In this document: piece by piece, positions 10,303 through 19,952 of the stretch | Position numbering within the stretch: position 1 is the stretch's first letter | Layout: each line of letters opens with the position of its first letter | From: Treponemataceae bacterium | GTDB lineage: Bacteria > Spirochaetota > Spirochaetia > Treponematales > Rectinemataceae | Direction: 5' to 3' | Length of the DNA: 64,000 nucleotides | NCBI GenBank assembly: GCA_963677895.2 | Contig: CAXXGJ010000025.1 | Span: forward strand, 96,001 to 160,000 | The notes under the pieces: model-generated | The model's input: the letters and a program-made list of their open reading frames with translations, nothing else | Databases searched by the model: none | What the model was told of the DNA's origin: nothing | Translations under genes and position numbers: made by a program

Positions 10303-10877
10303 ACTATAATATCATCCTCGCGGGAGTCGGCGGACAGGGTAGCCTCTCCATTTCCGTGGTGATAGCGCGAGCGGCCATGGCCGCCGGTTTTCTCGTCAAG
10401 CAATCGGAAGTCCACGGCATGTCCCAGCGCGGCGGCCAAGTCCTCGCCCATCTGCGCATCGCCGATTCGGAGATTCACAGTCCGACGATTCCGATGGGTT
10501 CCGCGGATCTCGTTCTCGCGTTCGAACCGCTCGAAGCCCTGCGCTATGTTTCCTGGCTCTCCGCCGATAGCGGCTTTGTCGTTTCCGCAAGGACTCCAAT
10601 AAGAAACATTCCCAATTATCCGGAGATCGAAGCCATCATCGCTGAAATAGAAAAGCTGCCAAGACATCGCATCCTCGATGCCGAGGCGATAGCCAAGGCC
10701 GCTGGCAGCGCGAAATCAGCCAACGTCGTCCTCGTGGGAGCGGCCGCGGATTTGACGCCGATTCCCGCCGATCTCATCGAGAAGGAAATCTCGGCGCTTT
10801 TCGCTCGGAAGGGCGAGGCTATCGTTCAAGCCAATATGAGGGCATTCAAAGATGGTCAAGCACAATTTGTCCGCTAA
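10299..10877 (+). CDS. iorB: Indolepyruvate oxidoreductase beta subunit
   Basis: GVGGQG, SEVHGMSQRGG, FEPLEALR; ATGA overlap with iorA. Confidence 0.93.
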   Translation: MNYNIILAGVGGQGSLSISVVIARAAMAAGFLVKQSEVHGMSQRGGQVLAHLRIADSEIHSPTIPMGSADLVLAFEPLEALRYVSWLSADSGFVVSARTPIRNIPNYPEIEAIIAEIEKLPRHRILDAEAIAKAAGSAKSANVVLVGAAADLTPIPADLIEKEISALFARKGEAIVQANMRAFKDGQAQFVR

Positions 10878-10884
10878 AAACACC

Positions 10885-13308
10885 ATGAGTCCAGGCCAGG
10901 TCGAACTCGCGAAGCGATTTTCGGCCATTCTGGCCCCGGCTAAGGCCCAGGGCAGGGATTCGCTCACCGAAGTGGAAGGCCTGGCGATGCTGGAGGCTAT
11001 GGGCGTGTCGGCCCCGCGTCATCATTTCGTGGCATCGGCGGAGGATTACGAGGCGCTTGCGGGACGGACCGCCGCCGAGAACGGCGTCGTATCGGGCAAC
11101 GCGGCATCGGGCGACGGCAGCCATCTTTTTTCGGGTACTCGCGCCGTGGTAAAAGTGATCAGCCCGCAGATTCTGCACAAGACGGAAATGGGCGGCGTCG
11201 CCATCGTCGCCAACGAGACCAATGCCATACTCGCCGCCATTAGGCAGATGGAAGCCCGCTTCGTCATGTTCCATGTCGATGGATTTACCGTCAACGAATT
11301 CGTGCAGTTCGAACCGAGGCTAGGACACGAGATTATCTTCGGCTATCGTTTCGCGGCCGACTTCGGCCCTGTCGTCAGCTTTGGACCCGGCGGCATTTAT
11401 GCCGAGTTCCTGGCCGAAAAGTTCAAGCCTGGATCGGCCAACGTATGTTTCTCTCCGAGGACCGCGACGCGCGAACTAGTCAGAGAAATGCTGGCGCACA
11501 ACGTTGTCTACGGTCTCGTGAGCGCTGGTCTGCGCAACACCGAAGCATCCATTCCCGGAGAGGCGCTTATCGACGCGCTCATGAACTTCATCACCGCCTC
11601 CGAGGCTCTCGCGGCAAGCGGCGTTTCCGAGTTCGAAGTGAATCCCATGGTCATCCGCAAGGTCCCAAGCGCAAGCTCGACCGCCGGGGTTTCGGCGGCC
11701 ATGCCCACCTCGCCCACCTCGCCTACCTCACCTCCCTCGCTACTCGTCGCCCTCGACTGTCTCGTCAAGTTAAAGGATTTTTCGTCCATCGGCCTCTTCC
11801 CCGCTGCCGACGGCAGGCCACGCAACGCCGCCCAGGACACTCGTCCCGTCGAGAACATCGGCCGCATCCTCGAGCCGGAAAGCGCCGCGATAATCGGCGT
11901 CTCGGAAAAAGGAATGAACAACGGCCGCATAATCCTGCGGAATCTTCTCGAAAACGGTTTCGATCCAAAACGCATCTACATCGTAAAGCCCGGAGCCGAA
12001 AGCATAGACGGCTGCCGCTGCGTTCCCGATGTCGCCCATCTTCCCGAAAAGGTCGATTTATTCGTCCTCGTCATCCCGGCCGCAGGCACGCCCGAGACTC
12101 TCGCGCAGATCGCGTTGAGCGACAAAGCCTGGTCAGTCATCGTGATTCCCGGCGGTCTCGAGGAAAAGTCGGGATCGGACGCTATAGTGAAAGAAATGCG
12201 GAAGACCTTCGACGAGGCGCGGGCTCGCGGCGCCGGTCCTCTCATCAATGGCGGCAACTGTCTCGGCATAAGGTCGGTATCGGGCAGGTACAACACGCTT
12301 TTCATACCCGAACACAAGCTTCCGATGCCCAAGGGCGCGGTCGCCCCGCTCGCCGTCATCTCGCAGTCCGGCGCTTTCTCCATCACGAGGATTTCAAAGC
12401 ACCCCGACATCAATCCCAAGTACGTGATCACGCTCGGCAACCAGATGGACCTCACCATAGGCGACTATCTCGAATATATGCGCGACGACCCCGACATAAG
12501 AGTCTTCGCCGTCTACGTCGAGGGATTCAAGGCGCTCGACGGCCTCAAGACCCTGAATGCCGCGAAAGCCATCATCGAATCGGGCCGGACGGTGATCTTC
12601 TATAGGGCGGGAAGGACGAGCGCCGGGGCCGGCGCGGCCGCCAGCCACACGGCAAGCATCGCGGGTGATTATCCCGTTACGCGAGAGCTCTTTGCCCAGT
12701 CGGGCGCCATTGTCTGCGGAAGTCTAGACGAATTCGACGACGCGATCACCGTTTTTACCCTCCTCGAGGGCAGGAAAGCGAAGGGGAACAGGCTGGGAGC
12801 CGTGTCCAACGCCGGTTTCGAATGCGTGGCGATAGCGGACAATCTTGGCGGGATGAAGCTGGCGAAATTCTCGAACGCGACGAACGCGGTATTAGCGAAG
12901 GTCCTGGATGACGCGGGCATCACGGAAATCGTGGATGTGCATAATCCTCTCGATATAACGCCCATGGGAAGCGATGACGCTTACGATCGCTCTTTCAGGG
13001 CCGTGCTGGCCGATGAGAACACCGACCTCGGCATCGTCGGCATCGTGCCTTTTACCGTGCGCATGAATTCTCTCGCCGCCGAGCCTTCCGTCCACGACGA
13101 AGACGTGAGAATGGCCGATTCCATCGCCAATCGCTACGGCTCGCTGATGTCGGAGACTAAAAAACCCTTCGTAACGGTCGTCGACACGGGACCGCTCTAC
13201 GATCCGCTTTGCAGGCTGCTCGAGAAATATGGCGTCGTTGTCTTCAGGACGGCGGACAGGGCTCTTAAAATGCTTGAACTATGGAGAACTTCCCCCGCGG
13301 CGAGGTGA
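10885..13308 (+). CDS. ADP-forming acyl-CoA synthetase (acetate-CoA ligase family), ATP-grasp domain first (beta-alpha fusion)
   Basis: N-terminal SPQILHKTEMGGV, FGPVVSFG.GG and EVNP; C-terminal CoA-binding/ligase part with GNCLG, SQSGA, GNQMD, ASHTAS (phospho-His) and NPLD; start uncertain (10852 or 10885). Confidence 0.88.
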   Translation: MSPGQVELAKRFSAILAPAKAQGRDSLTEVEGLAMLEAMGVSAPRHHFVASAEDYEALAGRTAAENGVVSGNAASGDGSHLFSGTRAVVKVISPQILHKTEMGGVAIVANETNAILAAIRQMEARFVMFHVDGFTVNEFVQFEPRLGHEIIFGYRFAADFGPVVSFGPGGIYAEFLAEKFKPGSANVCFSPRTATRELVREMLAHNVVYGLVSAGLRNTEASIPGEALIDALMNFITASEALAASGVSEFEVNPMVIRKVPSASSTAGVSAAMPTSPTSPTSPPSLLVALDCLVKLKDFSSIGLFPAADGRPRNAAQDTRPVENIGRILEPESAAIIGVSEKGMNNGRIILRNLLENGFDPKRIYIVKPGAESIDGCRCVPDVAHLPEKVDLFVLVIPAAGTPETLAQIALSDKAWSVIVIPGGLEEKSGSDAIVKEMRKTFDEARARGAGPLINGGNCLGIRSVSGRYNTLFIPEHKLPMPKGAVAPLAVISQSGAFSITRISKHPDINPKYVITLGNQMDLTIGDYLEYMRDDPDIRVFAVYVEGFKALDGLKTLNAAKAIIESGRTVIFYRAGRTSAGAGAAASHTASIAGDYPVTRELFAQSGAIVCGSLDEFDDAITVFTLLEGRKAKGNRLGAVSNAGFECVAIADNLGGMKLAKFSNATNAVLAKVLDDAGITEIVDVHNPLDITPMGSDDAYDRSFRAVLADENTDLGIVGIVPFTVRMNSLAAEPSVHDEDVRMADSIANRYGSLMSETKKPFVTVVDTGPLYDPLCRLLEKYGVVVFRTADRALKMLELWRTSPAAR

Positions 13309-13330
13309 GCTCCAACCGCGGCGAGGTGAG
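13295..13330 (+). repeat. 15-bp direct repeat (period 21) duplicating the 3' end and stop codon of the acyl-CoA synthetase gene
   Basis: CCGCGGCGAGGTGAG at 13295-13309 and 13316-13330. Confidence 0.85.
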
Positions 13331-15193
13331 TCAGTTCCGGGGGACGACCGCGACGCCGATGGCGCCGAGCCAGGCGATCGACGAGAGCAACGGCCCCATG
13401 TCCGACACGAAAATCTCGGCTTTGGCGCTTGCCTGAGATCTGCAGAGGCCGGCCAGTTTTTCGGCCTCCTCCTTCGCCGCCACGTGAACGATATGGATGG
13501 TCCAGGCCGCGTCTGACGAAATCAGTCGGCGAATTCTGGCGAACAGCGCCGAAACGGCGTTCTTCTCGCCTACATAGAGCCCTTTCGTCACCGCTTTTCC
13601 CTTTTTGTCCGTTCCCAGCAGGGGTTTCAGGCCGAATTTCCTCAAGACGAGGCTTTTGATTCCATGCAGCCGTCCCGAACGGATGAGGCTCGCGAGGTCC
13701 CGTACGGCCACGAAGAGAGCGACATCCTCCCGTTTCTTTTCGAATTCGGCCCGGATTTCTTCGGCCGAAGCCCCCGATTCCGCGCGCGCTACCGCCAAGG
13801 CGGTCAGAGCTCCGGCTCCGGCGGTGATCGTCTTCGAATCGACGCAGCGAACTCTGCCTCCAAAGCCTAAGGCGGCTTTTTCTCCCGCCTGGAAGGTGCC
13901 GGACAGGGCCGAGGTAAGGCCGAGATAAAGCGCTTCGTCAGCCTGGGAAAGCGCGAGGGTAAAAGCCCGGACAAAGGCGGATTCCACCGGCTGGCTCGTC
14001 GACATCGAGAAGCCGGGATCACTGGTCATCCTCGAATGGATGCTTTCCAATTCCATGGCCGCGCCATCGGGTCTTGTGATACCGCCTATCGTGATCAGGG
14101 CGGGCACCTTTATAATGCCGTGCTCGAGCATGTAGTCGGCCGGCAGATCGCAGCCCGTGTCCACGACGATGGCGCATGGCCTTTTGGCCGCGCTCGCGGA
14201 GCGGACGACAAGCCTGCGCTGGAGTTCCATATCGTCCACTTTATGCTGTTCCACCCTGCCTGCCGACTCGAGCAGGTCGAATACGGCCGAGGGTCTGTCG
14301 CTATGCACGTGAACCCTGGCTATTTCCTCGTCGCCGGCGACGACGATGCTGTTTCCGAGGTCGGAAAGCCTCTCCCGGACCGAATCCAGGGGGACGGAAA
14401 CATTGTACAGCAGGGCTTCCGTGCAGTATCGAGGTCCTTCGGGATCGCCCGGATCATCGATGCCGCCCGCGTTCACGGAAAACGCTGCTTCGGCGGGGAT
14501 TTCAGCCTGAAGGCCGGCCTGCGTCCCGCTTACGCGGCCCGGTCTGCCCAGAATGGTTCGCGATCGCGGCCTCATGCCGGGTTTCAGCAATTCGGCTACG
14601 CCGTCGAGAAGGTGGATGAAGCCCTTGGCTCCGGCGTCCACGACGCCGGCCCTGCGCATTTCCGGAAGGAAATCGCGCGTCCGCTCGAGGGAAGCTTTCG
14701 CCGCGTCGAGGCCGGAGTGGAAAACCTGGAAAATATCGTCGCAATGGGTCGCCGAATCGTGGAGGGCCAGTGCCCAATCGTGGAGCACGGTGAGGATCGT
14801 TCCTTCGCGGGGGCTGGTGAGGGCGGCTCTGGTTTTTTCGGCCGCGATGACGGCGCCTTGGGCCAATCGCTTGGCTCCGATCCTCGCTTCTGAACCCAGT
14901 TCGTGGGCAAGGCTCTGAAGAAACTGCGCCAGGATGGCGCCAGAATTTCCCCTGGCTCCCTCGAGGGCCGAACGCGCGGCCTGCCTGAGTACGCTGCCCG
15001 CGTCCCGATGAAGCGCCGATCTCAGGGAAGCGGCGATCGAACGCATGGTGCTGGCCATGTTGGTGCCCGTGTCCCCGTCGGGCACGGGGAATACATTGAT
15101 CGCGTTAAGATTTTCGGCGTTGGATATTATGGACTGCGACCCCGCCAGGAAGGCCGTGCGCAGCCTTGCTCCGTCAATATAAGCTATTTTCAT
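13331..15193 (-). CDS. DAK2 (FakA-like) - DegV (FakB-like) fusion, putative single-chain fatty acid kinase
   Basis: NVFPVPDGDTGTNM, GARGNSG, VVDAGAKG; middle domain YCTE..VHVH..KVDDM; DegV motifs TSQP, SALSGT, SGRL. Confidence 0.88.
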   Translation of the reverse strand: MKIAYIDGARLRTAFLAGSQSIISNAENLNAINVFPVPDGDTGTNMASTMRSIAASLRSALHRDAGSVLRQAARSALEGARGNSGAILAQFLQSLAHELGSEARIGAKRLAQGAVIAAEKTRAALTSPREGTILTVLHDWALALHDSATHCDDIFQVFHSGLDAAKASLERTRDFLPEMRRAGVVDAGAKGFIHLLDGVAELLKPGMRPRSRTILGRPGRVSGTQAGLQAEIPAEAAFSVNAGGIDDPGDPEGPRYCTEALLYNVSVPLDSVRERLSDLGNSIVVAGDEEIARVHVHSDRPSAVFDLLESAGRVEQHKVDDMELQRRLVVRSASAAKRPCAIVVDTGCDLPADYMLEHGIIKVPALITIGGITRPDGAAMELESIHSRMTSDPGFSMSTSQPVESAFVRAFTLALSQADEALYLGLTSALSGTFQAGEKAALGFGGRVRCVDSKTITAGAGALTALAVARAESGASAEEIRAEFEKKREDVALFVAVRDLASLIRSGRLHGIKSLVLRKFGLKPLLGTDKKGKAVTKGLYVGEKNAVSALFARIRRLISSDAAWTIHIVHVAAKEEAEKLAGLCRSQASAKAEIFVSDMGPLLSSIAWLGAIGVAVVPRN

Positions 15194-15250
15194 CTCACTT
15201 ATACATTATTGCAATTTTTGTCAAAGAGCAAGACGGGGCGGAAACCGGGT

Positions 15251-15904
15251 TCAGCGCCTGCGGCGCAGGAACCTCATCCTGTCGAAGGATTTTTCCTTTC
15301 CTTTCAGAATGCGCCCGATGTTCGCCCTGTGGGTAAAAACGACAAAGGCGGCCAAAATGACCGAAAAACCCAGTAACCATGGCGAGGGAGGCGATCCCGC
15401 CGCGCCCAAGGCCACAGCCGCGGGCAGGATGAGGGCGGCGACGATGGAACTAGCGGAAACGATGCCGGTCGCGCCCAGGACGAGGAGAAAGCCGGCCGCC
15501 GAATACAGCGCGGCGCCCGGGGCGATGGCGAGGATGGCGCCCGCCCCCGTCGCCACACCCTTGCCGCCCCTGAATCCCGCGAATATCGGATATACGTGCC
15601 CCAGGACGGCGAGGAGGGCGCCGGCAATTTTCAACGCTATCGAAGGAAGAACTGCGTCGCTTGAAGCCGAGCCCAGAGCCGAGCAGACGGCGACGGCCAG
15701 GGCGCCCTTGGCCACGTCCACGGTGCTGACCCCTATGCCCGCCAGCGCTCCGAACTGTCTGAAAATATTGGTGGCTCCGGTGGCGCCGCTTCCGCCTTCC
15801 CTCGGATCTTTATGGAAGAATAACTTTCCGACGATGACGCCCGTCGGGAAGGATCCGAGGAGATAGGCGGACAGTAGTCCCAGGGCGAGCTTCACGATAC
15901 TCAT
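15251..15904 (-). CDS. plsY: Acyl-phosphate:glycerol-3-phosphate acyltransferase
   Basis: YLLGS.P, GSG..GATN, D..KG, GH.YP...FRGGKGVAT, HRANI. Confidence 0.93.
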   Translation of the reverse strand: MSIVKLALGLLSAYLLGSFPTGVIVGKLFFHKDPREGGSGATGATNIFRQFGALAGIGVSTVDVAKGALAVAVCSALGSASSDAVLPSIALKIAGALLAVLGHVYPIFAGFRGGKGVATGAGAILAIAPGAALYSAAGFLLVLGATGIVSASSIVAALILPAAVALGAAGSPPSPWLLGFSVILAAFVVFTHRANIGRILKGKEKSFDRMRFLRRRR

Positions 15905-15954
15905 AGTGGTACGATAAGAGTTTTCAGGCGGGAAAACAAGATTGAGCGGGCGAC

Positions 15955-15991
15955 AAAAAAAGGGGAGGCCCTTCGCGCGGCCGCCCCTTTT
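15955..15991 (-). terminator. Intrinsic terminator downstream of the 5'-nucleotidase gene
   Basis: Minus strand AAAAGGGGCGGCC-loop-GGCCTCCCC followed by T7; a second hairpin at 15997-16031. Confidence 0.7.
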
Positions 15992-16042
15992 CCGTGAACC
16001 GGAATCCTGTCGTTTTCGACCGATTCCGGTTCTCCCTGAAAT

Positions 16043-17563
16043 TTATTTTTTATAGATGAGATTGTCCGCCGTAATGGTGCCGAGATGCTGGGCATATTTC
16101 TGGAAAACCTCTGCGTCAGAGGGGAAATCGTTCTGCGCCTTGCCGATCAGCATGCGGTAATCGTCGCCGCCGTTGAACTCGAAATTCAGCGTCGTAAAGA
16201 GATAGTCCTTATTCGGGTCTACGGGCTGGCCGCCGACGAGGATATTGGAGACTCTCTCTCCCGCGGGTTTGGTCACGTCAAGCGTGTAACTCCAGCCTGC
16301 CAGGTGAGGGAAACGTCCGTCGGGAGCCGGCAGCTTGCCGACGCCGTTTTCCAGGACGGCTTTGAGCTCGGAACCCTTGAGTTTTCCGGTCTGGATATAG
16401 TTGCCGAAGGGCATGACGGTGTAGATCTGTTTCAGAGTGATGTCGCCGGCGGGGATGGAATCGCGGATGCCGCCGCCGTTCATGAGGGCGATATCGGCGC
16501 CCGTCACATAGAGCATTCCGTTGGCGATGAGGGTGCCGAGGTTGGACTGCTGGGTGCGGACGATCTCGCGTTTACCTTCGAGTGCCACGGTGGTCTTTCC
16601 GACGACCTGCAGAAGCACTGAATCCTGAGCCTTGGCCAGGGAAGTGACCATGGCCCCGATCTTCGCGTCGCCCTTCAGCTCGGGCGAATTCGCGACGGTG
16701 ATGGTCCGGGCGGTCTTGGACTGCACCGCGCCGTCGACGATAACAAGCTCCACGACGCCGAGGCCGGCGCCGTAGGAACCGGTGCTGGCGATGAGGGTTT
16801 CGGTCGTGTTTTCTTTCTGCAGCGTCTCGAGGGTGGTATGGCTATGGCCGTCGATGATGACATCGATGGCGGGGATGGCCTCAGCGATCTGCAGAGAAGT
16901 CGGATCCGAGGATTTATCGGTGCCGATATGGGAGACGAGGACGAGGACATCGTACTGTCCGGCGAGCTCGATGGCCACATTCGACGCTTCCACGATGGGA
17001 TCGGTGAAGGTCACGCCTTCCGTGTTCTTGGGGTCGGCCTTATAGACGGTCTCGGGAGTGGCGAGGCCGAAAAAGGCGATCCTGACACCCTGGACATTCT
17101 CGATGATATAGGGAGTGAAAGCCCTTTTACCGTCCTTCCAGACGTTGGCCGCGAGAATATCGAATGCCGCCTTCTTCTCGAGCAGCAGCAGTCGGTCGAA
17201 ACCATAATTATAATCGTGGTTTCCGGTCGTCATGCAGAAATAGCCGACGGCGTTCATGAGTTTCACGATGCTTTCGCCCTGGTCGATATTGGCGATGGGC
17301 AACCCGTGGAAGGTGTCGCCGGCATCGATGAGGAAGGTGTTCGGGTTCTTGGCTTTAGCCGCCTGGTAAGCTGCCGCGATCCTGGAATAGCCCAGTTCGG
17401 TCTTGCTCTCGACGATGCGGGCATGCATGTCGTTGGTGTGCAGAAGCGTGATTTTCACTTCCTGCGGAACTTGATCGGAGACGACAGGAGCGGTTGCTAT
17501 AAATGCCATCGTGAACATGATAGCAAACGAAAGCGCGATGCCGGCGATTTTTTTCATCATCAA
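16043..17563 (-). CDS. Secreted bifunctional metallophosphatase/5'-nucleotidase
   Basis: Signal peptide; HTNDMH, DAGD, GNHD, DGHSH, NGGGIR, PFGN. Confidence 0.92.
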   Translation of the reverse strand: MMMKKIAGIALSFAIMFTMAFIATAPVVSDQVPQEVKITLLHTNDMHARIVESKTELGYSRIAAAYQAAKAKNPNTFLIDAGDTFHGLPIANIDQGESIVKLMNAVGYFCMTTGNHDYNYGFDRLLLLEKKAAFDILAANVWKDGKRAFTPYIIENVQGVRIAFFGLATPETVYKADPKNTEGVTFTDPIVEASNVAIELAGQYDVLVLVSHIGTDKSSDPTSLQIAEAIPAIDVIIDGHSHTTLETLQKENTTETLIASTGSYGAGLGVVELVIVDGAVQSKTARTITVANSPELKGDAKIGAMVTSLAKAQDSVLLQVVGKTTVALEGKREIVRTQQSNLGTLIANGMLYVTGADIALMNGGGIRDSIPAGDITLKQIYTVMPFGNYIQTGKLKGSELKAVLENGVGKLPAPDGRFPHLAGWSYTLDVTKPAGERVSNILVGGQPVDPNKDYLFTTLNFEFNGGDDYRMLIGKAQNDFPSDAEVFQKYAQHLGTITADNLIYKK

Positions 17564-17702
17564 ACCTCCTTGATAATGGGCTCGAATAATCGAGCACAGG
17601 GCAAATTATATTCTCGTTTCATCCATCTAACAAGAAGAATCGCATGTCAATGGAAAGCTTGCTCTCTTTTCCAATGGGCACGATGCGTATTATGATTCAC
17701 TC

Positions 17703-19877
17703 ATGCATTCATCAGCTCGCCCGGGTCGCGGCCAGGGGCTTTCTCGCGCGATTTCCGGACTCAAGGGGCTTTTTCCCCTCCTGCTTCTCCTCGCCCTGAC
17801 AGCCCCCCCGGCTCTGGCCCAGGCGGGACAGGATTCGGCCCAGGATTTTCTTGTCGGCGGGCAGGCAGGGCTGTACCGCGCGACACTCAATCAGAATAAG
17901 GCGGAAACCCGGATCGTATGGGACGAGGGCTCGGTGAGCTCCATCGTGCCCTTCGAGGGCGGCTGGTATTTCCTCGGTTCGAAGGGAATCACCTACAGCG
18001 CCGACCTGCGCGCCTTCGAAAACCGCTCGGCCGGTTTACCGATGAAGGTTCTGAAGATTTTTGAAGGCAATGCCTTCAGATTGTCTCGGGAAACCGTCGA
18101 AATAAAGTCTCTGGCTGTCGACCCGGCTCAACCCAACCGTCTCGCCCTCTGCACGGGCACGGAAATCTGGTACAGCGAAACCTACGGGAAATCCTGGATT
18201 TCCCTGGGCGGTCCCTCGCTGATACAGGGCCTTAAAGCCGTATCCTTCGGCCCCTGGCAGGGGACAGCGCAGCATGTCGTCTGGGTTTCCCATACCATAA
18301 AGGGTTTGTTCGCGAGGGACGTGAACGGGAAAAATGGGTGGGTCGGCGTCTCTTCTGGCTTGCCGAAGGTTTTCGGCAGCAATATCGAGGAAGTATCGAG
18401 TTTTGCCCTCGTTCAGACGGGAAAGCCATCGGGAGCCTATTCCAATGGTTCCTCGAATGGTTCCGCCTGGAACCTCATCGCCGGCTTGAGCTTCCTGGGA
18501 AAAATCTTCCAATGGGACCAGGCTCAGAAGACCTTCTCCGAACGCTATTCCGACATCAAGGATTTCGGCGGGGTGGAATCCCTCGTTCCGGCGGGACAGG
18601 ATTCGGGTTTCGCCATTTCGAACGGCCAAATCGGCAGATTCCTGCTCACGCCGGGAACGGGCAGGATGACGCTGAAGCCCGACGAATGGCTCACCCTGGC
18701 CTCGAAATCGATCTCGGAAGCCATTCGTTCGCGGTACGACGATTCGGCGCTCTGCCTGGCCTGGCTGCCCGACATCGACAAGGCCAATTCCTCTAAAAAG
18801 CCCCTTCCCATAGCGATCGGTGAGCTCTGGCAGCTGTCCAGGGACGATCCTGAGCTCTCCGAGGCCGCGCTGCGGCGCAGGCAGCTGGCCGACGGCAAGG
18901 ACGGGATCTACCTACAGACCGGTTTCGTCATCAACCCCGAGACCCGGGCCAAATATTTCAGCCTCATCAAATCGCTGGGACTCAACAGCCTCGTCGTCGA
19001 CATGAAGGATGATTACGGCCGCTTCCGCTTCGCTCCCCGCCAGCCCCTCCTCCAGGGAATGGACAGGACGGGCGAAATCCTGGATATCGAATCCTTTGCC
19101 GCCGAAGCGAAGGCGCAAGGCATTTATCTTATAGCGAGAATCGTGGTGTTCAAGGACGAAGCGCTCTATAAATGGAAGGGCGGCGCGCTCGCCTTGCGCG
19201 ATTCGGTTTCGGGCGGCTCATGGCAGGGCATTAAGGCGGACGGCCAGCCGATCCAGGAATACTGGGTCGATCCCTATTCGACCGATGTATGGCAGTACAA
19301 TGTCGAAATAGCCAAGGAAGTGACGGCGCGCGGTTTCGACGAAGTCCAGTTCGACTACATACGTTTCCCCACCGATGGCGAGAATCTGGATAAGGCCAGA
19401 TTTCCCAGACAGGAAACGGGCATGACGCAGGACTCGGCGCTGGAATCTTTCCTGCGCTTCGCGCGGGAATCGCTCGACGTACCGATCGGCGTCGATATCT
19501 ATGGGGCCAATGGCTGGTACCGCTCGGGCACGAGGACCGGCCAGGATGTCGAAATGCTCTCCAATTATGTGGATGTCATCAGTCCGATGCTCTATCCCTC
19601 GCATTTCGAGCAGGCTTTTCTGGCTCAGGCCCCCGCCGAATTGAGACCGTACAGGATCTACAGACTAGGCACGCTGCGCAATCTGGCCATAGCGCGCGAC
19701 AGGGCCATCGTGCGTCCCTACGTCCAGGCCTTCTACCTCAATGTCAGCTACGACAAGACATATTACGGCCCGAGTTATGTCGTGGAAGAAGTGGAAGGCG
19801 TATTGGATGGGGCGAACCAGGGCATGACCTTCTGGAACAATTCGGGACGATACGCGGATCTGCCTGTCCCGCGCTGA
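17703..19877 (+). CDS. Secreted protein with N-terminal beta-propeller-like region and C-terminal DUF4015 putative glycoside hydrolase domain
   Basis: LVVDMKDD.G, IARIVVFKD, WVDP, GFDEVQFDYIRFP, SPMLYPSH; Asp-box-like WYSETYGKSW. Confidence 0.8.
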   Translation: MHSSARPGRGQGLSRAISGLKGLFPLLLLLALTAPPALAQAGQDSAQDFLVGGQAGLYRATLNQNKAETRIVWDEGSVSSIVPFEGGWYFLGSKGITYSADLRAFENRSAGLPMKVLKIFEGNAFRLSRETVEIKSLAVDPAQPNRLALCTGTEIWYSETYGKSWISLGGPSLIQGLKAVSFGPWQGTAQHVVWVSHTIKGLFARDVNGKNGWVGVSSGLPKVFGSNIEEVSSFALVQTGKPSGAYSNGSSNGSAWNLIAGLSFLGKIFQWDQAQKTFSERYSDIKDFGGVESLVPAGQDSGFAISNGQIGRFLLTPGTGRMTLKPDEWLTLASKSISEAIRSRYDDSALCLAWLPDIDKANSSKKPLPIAIGELWQLSRDDPELSEAALRRRQLADGKDGIYLQTGFVINPETRAKYFSLIKSLGLNSLVVDMKDDYGRFRFAPRQPLLQGMDRTGEILDIESFAAEAKAQGIYLIARIVVFKDEALYKWKGGALALRDSVSGGSWQGIKADGQPIQEYWVDPYSTDVWQYNVEIAKEVTARGFDEVQFDYIRFPTDGENLDKARFPRQETGMTQDSALESFLRFARESLDVPIGVDIYGANGWYRSGTRTGQDVEMLSNYVDVISPMLYPSHFEQAFLAQAPAELRPYRIYRLGTLRNLAIARDRAIVRPYVQAFYLNVSYDKTYYGPSYVVEEVEGVLDGANQGMTFWNNSGRYADLPVPR

Positions 19878-19952
19878 AATGGCGGCATAATGCCCGAACC
19901 GGCGTACACATTGTCACTTTTCTTTTTGGGTGAAGTAGCATACTCTTGGTAT

